Below are positions 38,819 through 41,796 of a stretch of 41,796 nt of DNA, in pieces. A program made the translations under genes and the position numbers. The notes beneath the pieces are model-generated. The model searched no databases. It saw only the letters and a program-made list of their open reading frames with translations, and was not told where the DNA came from. Source of the stretch: Lama guanicoe (Eukaryota); the NCBI GenBank assembly GCA_013239625.1, contig MU053792.1:780941-822736 (forward strand). Reading direction: 5' to 3'. Position 1 is the first letter of the stretch; each line of letters begins with the position of its first letter.

Positions 38819-39260
38819 GTGAGCGCAGGCGCCGTAGCAGCAGGAGCGTATGGGAAGGAACGGGCGCATGCGCGGGCGAGGGGCCAGCACTTCAAGGGAG
38901 CTGGGCGCATGCCCAATACGTGGTAAAGGAGACCAGGTATGTCTCAACCGGAGAGAATCAGTAAGGAGAAGGGAATATGCACGTCCACTGAAGGTTCATG
39001 GGCATAGTATCTGCGTATCCCTAGGATGGGCATGGCAAGCTTTTGAGTCACTGCCATCATCTTGGTACACACATGCCAGCAGGGCGCTGGCCAGCCGCGC
39101 GCTCTGCCAGGCCTGCGCCCTCCTGGACGGCCTGAACCGCGGCCGGCCCCGCCTGGCCATCGGCAAGGGCCGCCGGGGGCTGGACGAGGACGGGCCGCCG
39201 CGGGAGGCGGAGCCGGAGGCGTCCGGACCCCCGGCCTCCGAGCCGGTCCCCGCCTTCTAG
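38311..39260 (+). pseudogene. CTU1: CTU1 (cytoplasmic tRNA 2-thiolation protein 1, Ncs6/ATPBD3) copy with a retained intron fragment and an internal deletion
   Basis: ATG at 38311 gives [38 protein letters not shown]...[17 protein letters not shown]...[28 protein letters not shown]. This has two N-terminal CxxC motifs, the PP-loop SGGKDS and CCTFC. Similarity stops at G|GTGAGC (38818|38819). It resumes in another frame at 39084 with [35 protein letters not shown]...VPAF* (stop 39258-39260), the CTU1 C-terminus. The HNADD... middle part is absent. HVPRE replaces the usual HVLR (L to P). Gene identity is near-certain; pseudogene status is inferred. Confidence 0.88.
38819..39082 (+). other. Retained 5' part of a CTU1 intron
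   Basis: Starts with canonical donor GTGAGC exactly where protein similarity ends. The read-through frame stops at TAA 38962-38964. Contains GCGCATGCGC (NRF1-type palindrome) near 38864 and a second strong donor CAG|GTATGT at 38936|38937. Confidence 0.7.
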
Positions 39261-39408
39261 AGACGCCGGTTCTCCGCGGGGATCCGACGCCTGGGAGCGC
39301 GGGGCCGCCTGCAGATGACGCTGTGGATAAACCTGAGTTACTTTGGCCTCGGGCTTCGGTGCGAGGTGGGGAGGGGGACGGCAACTGCTACCTGTGACCC
39401 TGCAGAAA

Positions 39409-39480
39409 CTGGGGCGCTGGACTCCTGGGGCGGGGGAGGCGCCTGGGGGCCGGGACTCCTGAGTCTCAGAGAGGAGAGGA
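39409..39480 (+). repeat. MSR1-like minisatellite units
   Basis: Two degenerate GGACTCCTG(G/A)G...GAGG...CTGGGGGC units resembling the MSR1 repeat typical of the KLK/CTU1 region of human 19q13. Confidence 0.45.
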
Positions 39481-39800
39481 CTGAACAACTTCCCACTCCT
39501 GAGCGAGTGGGAGTTAGGGGGCTGCTTGCCTGCACGGCTGTGGGGTTCTGGGCATGCTCGGATAGTCCTAACCCTTCTTGAGCGCCTACTGTGTGCCTGA
39601 TGCTTCATGTTTGCCAGCAGTGAGATAATCAAACCACTTAACTTGGACACACGTCAGTTACAGTAATCATGATGCTTCTCTGTGAGCACCCCGCATACTG
39701 CAGGCGCTGGTTAGTCCTTAACTCCCCCGCCCCACCACCTGTATCTCTGTTTGATGGTTCGGGAGCAGCAGGGGTGGGCTTCCCAGACCTCCGATTCTGG

Positions 39801-40462
39801 AGGTCAAAGACTTAACCTCTCTGATCTTCATTTCCTCCTCCTTCCTGATATATTTTATTTAAAAGGTACTGAGTGGCTGTGTTACCAGGGGACATAGTGC
39901 CCTCACGTTTTCTCCTACCTAACTCCAACTATCTTCCAGTTTTGTTTCTTATGTTACTATTTTTACATCATCAACATTTATTACATTAATTTTGCTTTTC
40001 TGTAGACGTAATTCCTGGCTGCTAAGTCTCAGCTGTTTAATAGAATCGGTGCTCATCAGCAGTCACTTTACTGTGCCTTTCTATTCCAAAACACTTTATT
40101 TTAATTCATATGTTGATTAGTTGAAAGGTCAAAGACTTAACCTCTCTGATCTTCATTTCCTCCTCCTTCCTGATATATTTTATTTAAAAGGTACTGAGTG
40201 GCTCTGTGTTACCAAAGACAGGGGACATAGTGCCGTCACATTTTCTCCTACCTAACTCCAACTATGTTCCAGAAGTTGCTATCTTTATGCTTTATGCAAA
40301 TACTACACACATACACACATGCATGCTCCATTCTCCATATCTCAGTCCATCTTTTTGTAATATCTAAATTAATTTTAATAGAATCGGTGCTCATCAGCAA
40401 TCACTTTACTGTGCCTTTCTATTCCAAAACACTTTATTTTAATTCATATGTTGATTAGTTGA
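39801..40462. repeat. Interleaved short duplications (segments A, B, C)
   Basis: A: 39801-39939 matches 40126-40272. B: 40036-40124 matches 40374-40462. C: 40267-40371 matches 40616-40720 and 41005-41109. Confidence 0.93.
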
Positions 40463-40614
40463 TTGTCAATACAGCCAACGTAAAGGATAGTTAAGATAAA
40501 GTGTGTTGATTGTCCTGGCTTTGGAAATACAGGATATTATGACATGCCAGTAGGAACAGCTAACAGTATATCATAGTTAGGAAAAATGAGAGGAGGGACA
40601 GAAGAGCAGATACT

Positions 40615-41390
40615 CTTCCAGAAGTTGCTATCTTTATGCTTTATGCATATACTACACACATACACACATGCATGCTCCATTCTCCATATCTCAGTCCATC
40701 TTTTTGTAGTATCTAAATTATCCAAGATAATAATTATTAACATCATAAATTAATTTGTACAAATATAATGGAAGCTCAGTGGAAAAGTATTTAAGGACAG
40801 ATGAGGATTTGGAGCTCAAATTATCCCTCACGTGCTGCTCATACACGTGGCCCTGTGCATTACAACGTTCTGACTATTTCATGTTAAAATCAGCACAGAC
40901 ATTATATGTGAGCACAGCACCACTAAACACAAAATGACAGGGTAGCAGGCCGCTGCACTGTGACCCCACTAATGAGGTGTATTTGGGGAGAGCTATGCTA
41001 GTACTTCCAGAAGTTGCTATCTTTATGCTTTATGCATATACTACACACATACACACATGCATGCTCCATTCTCCATATCTCAGTCCATCTTTTTGTAGTA
41101 TCTAAATTATCCAAGATAATAATTATTAACATCATAAATTAATTTGTACAAATATAATGGAAGCTCAGTGGAAAAGTATTTAAGGACAGATGAGGATTTG
41201 GAGCTCAAATTATCCCTCACATGCTGCTCTTACACGTGGCCCTGTGCATTACAACGGTCTGACTATTTCATGTTAAAATCAGCACAGACATTATGTGAGC
41301 ACAGCACCACTAAACACAAAATGACAGCGTAGCAGGCCACTGCACTGTGACCCCACTAATGAGGTGTATTTGGGGAGAGCTATGCTAGTA
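40615..41390. repeat. Tandem duplication, 2 x ~388 bp
   Basis: 40615-41003 versus 41004-41390, with about 5 substitutions and one 2-bp indel. The duplicated ORFs MYKYNGSSVEK at 40755 and 41144 reflect this. Confidence 0.95.
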
Positions 41391-41796
41391 TTCTCTGTGC
41401 GAGGCCTGCTAGCATTTTTAAGGATAAGAAGACAGGAAAGGTTTTAAGTGAATCAAAGATGTTATGGAAAATATGGTTTCTACCTAGAAACATGCGGTGA
41501 AATGTAGAGTTATTTGAAGAAATTTTCAAATGTAAATATTCCTATCTTGCTACATAAAGACATTTTTTAGCTATTGTGCTGTGTGACATGAGCAGGTAAG
41601 TTTAGTTCCTTGTGGGTTCAAGCAGGCATCCAGGCCTTGAGCATCCCTGCAACAAGCTGACATACTGACAAAGACAAAATCTGAGTGTTTAAATGTCAGC
41701 CTGCTGCAAATGGTCTTCAATACATTTTAACACCACCCTAGGAAATGCAGTTAGTTATATAGTATATTTGATTCAAGGGTTTCTGATTTATATATA

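Noticed and set aside
38098..39650. Long overlapping ORFs (272 aa minus, 227 aa plus, 192 aa plus, 197 aa minus)
   Set aside because: Shadow frames of GC-rich CTU1 sequence where stops are rare. They are low-complexity Arg/Pro/Ala/Gly with no recognisable domain.
38122..39850. Possible TSD TCCCCTTCCT / CCTCCTTCCT around the CTU1 insert
   Set aside because: Short, imperfect and low-complexity, so a chance match is likely.
39801..41390. CRISPR-like or satellite array
   Set aside because: Eukaryotic context, with few long irregular repeats and no repeat-spacer periodicity.

Overview
AT-rich, repeat-dense mammalian genomic DNA. It is probably camelid, inferred from a Vic-1-like tRNA-derived SINE at 20344-20477. 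No intact protein-coding gene is supported. Almost all short ORFs in the track are chance ORFs or decayed L1 fragments. The first 25 kb holds old MIR, L2, MaLR and MER53 elements, short L1 3' ends and a cluster of MER41-like ERV1 solo LTRs. From 25.7 to 38.1 kb there is a three-level nest: a solo LTR inside a near-full-length L1 inside another L1. The main feature is a GC/CpG-rich, structurally odd copy of CTU1 (cytosolic tRNA 2-thiolation protein 1) at about 38.2-39.8 kb, directly abutting the clipped 5' end of the host L1. It keeps the first coding exon, its splice donor and about 260 nt of intron, then jumps into the last ~58 codons, so the catalytic middle is missing. It has no sense-strand poly(A); the only ATTAAA plus A-rich tail lies on the antisense strand at its left edge. 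Immediately after it is a complex set of scrambled duplications (A-x-B-A-C-B-y-CD-CD) with microhomology at one junction. Repeat family names come from recall of consensus sequences, not from a search.
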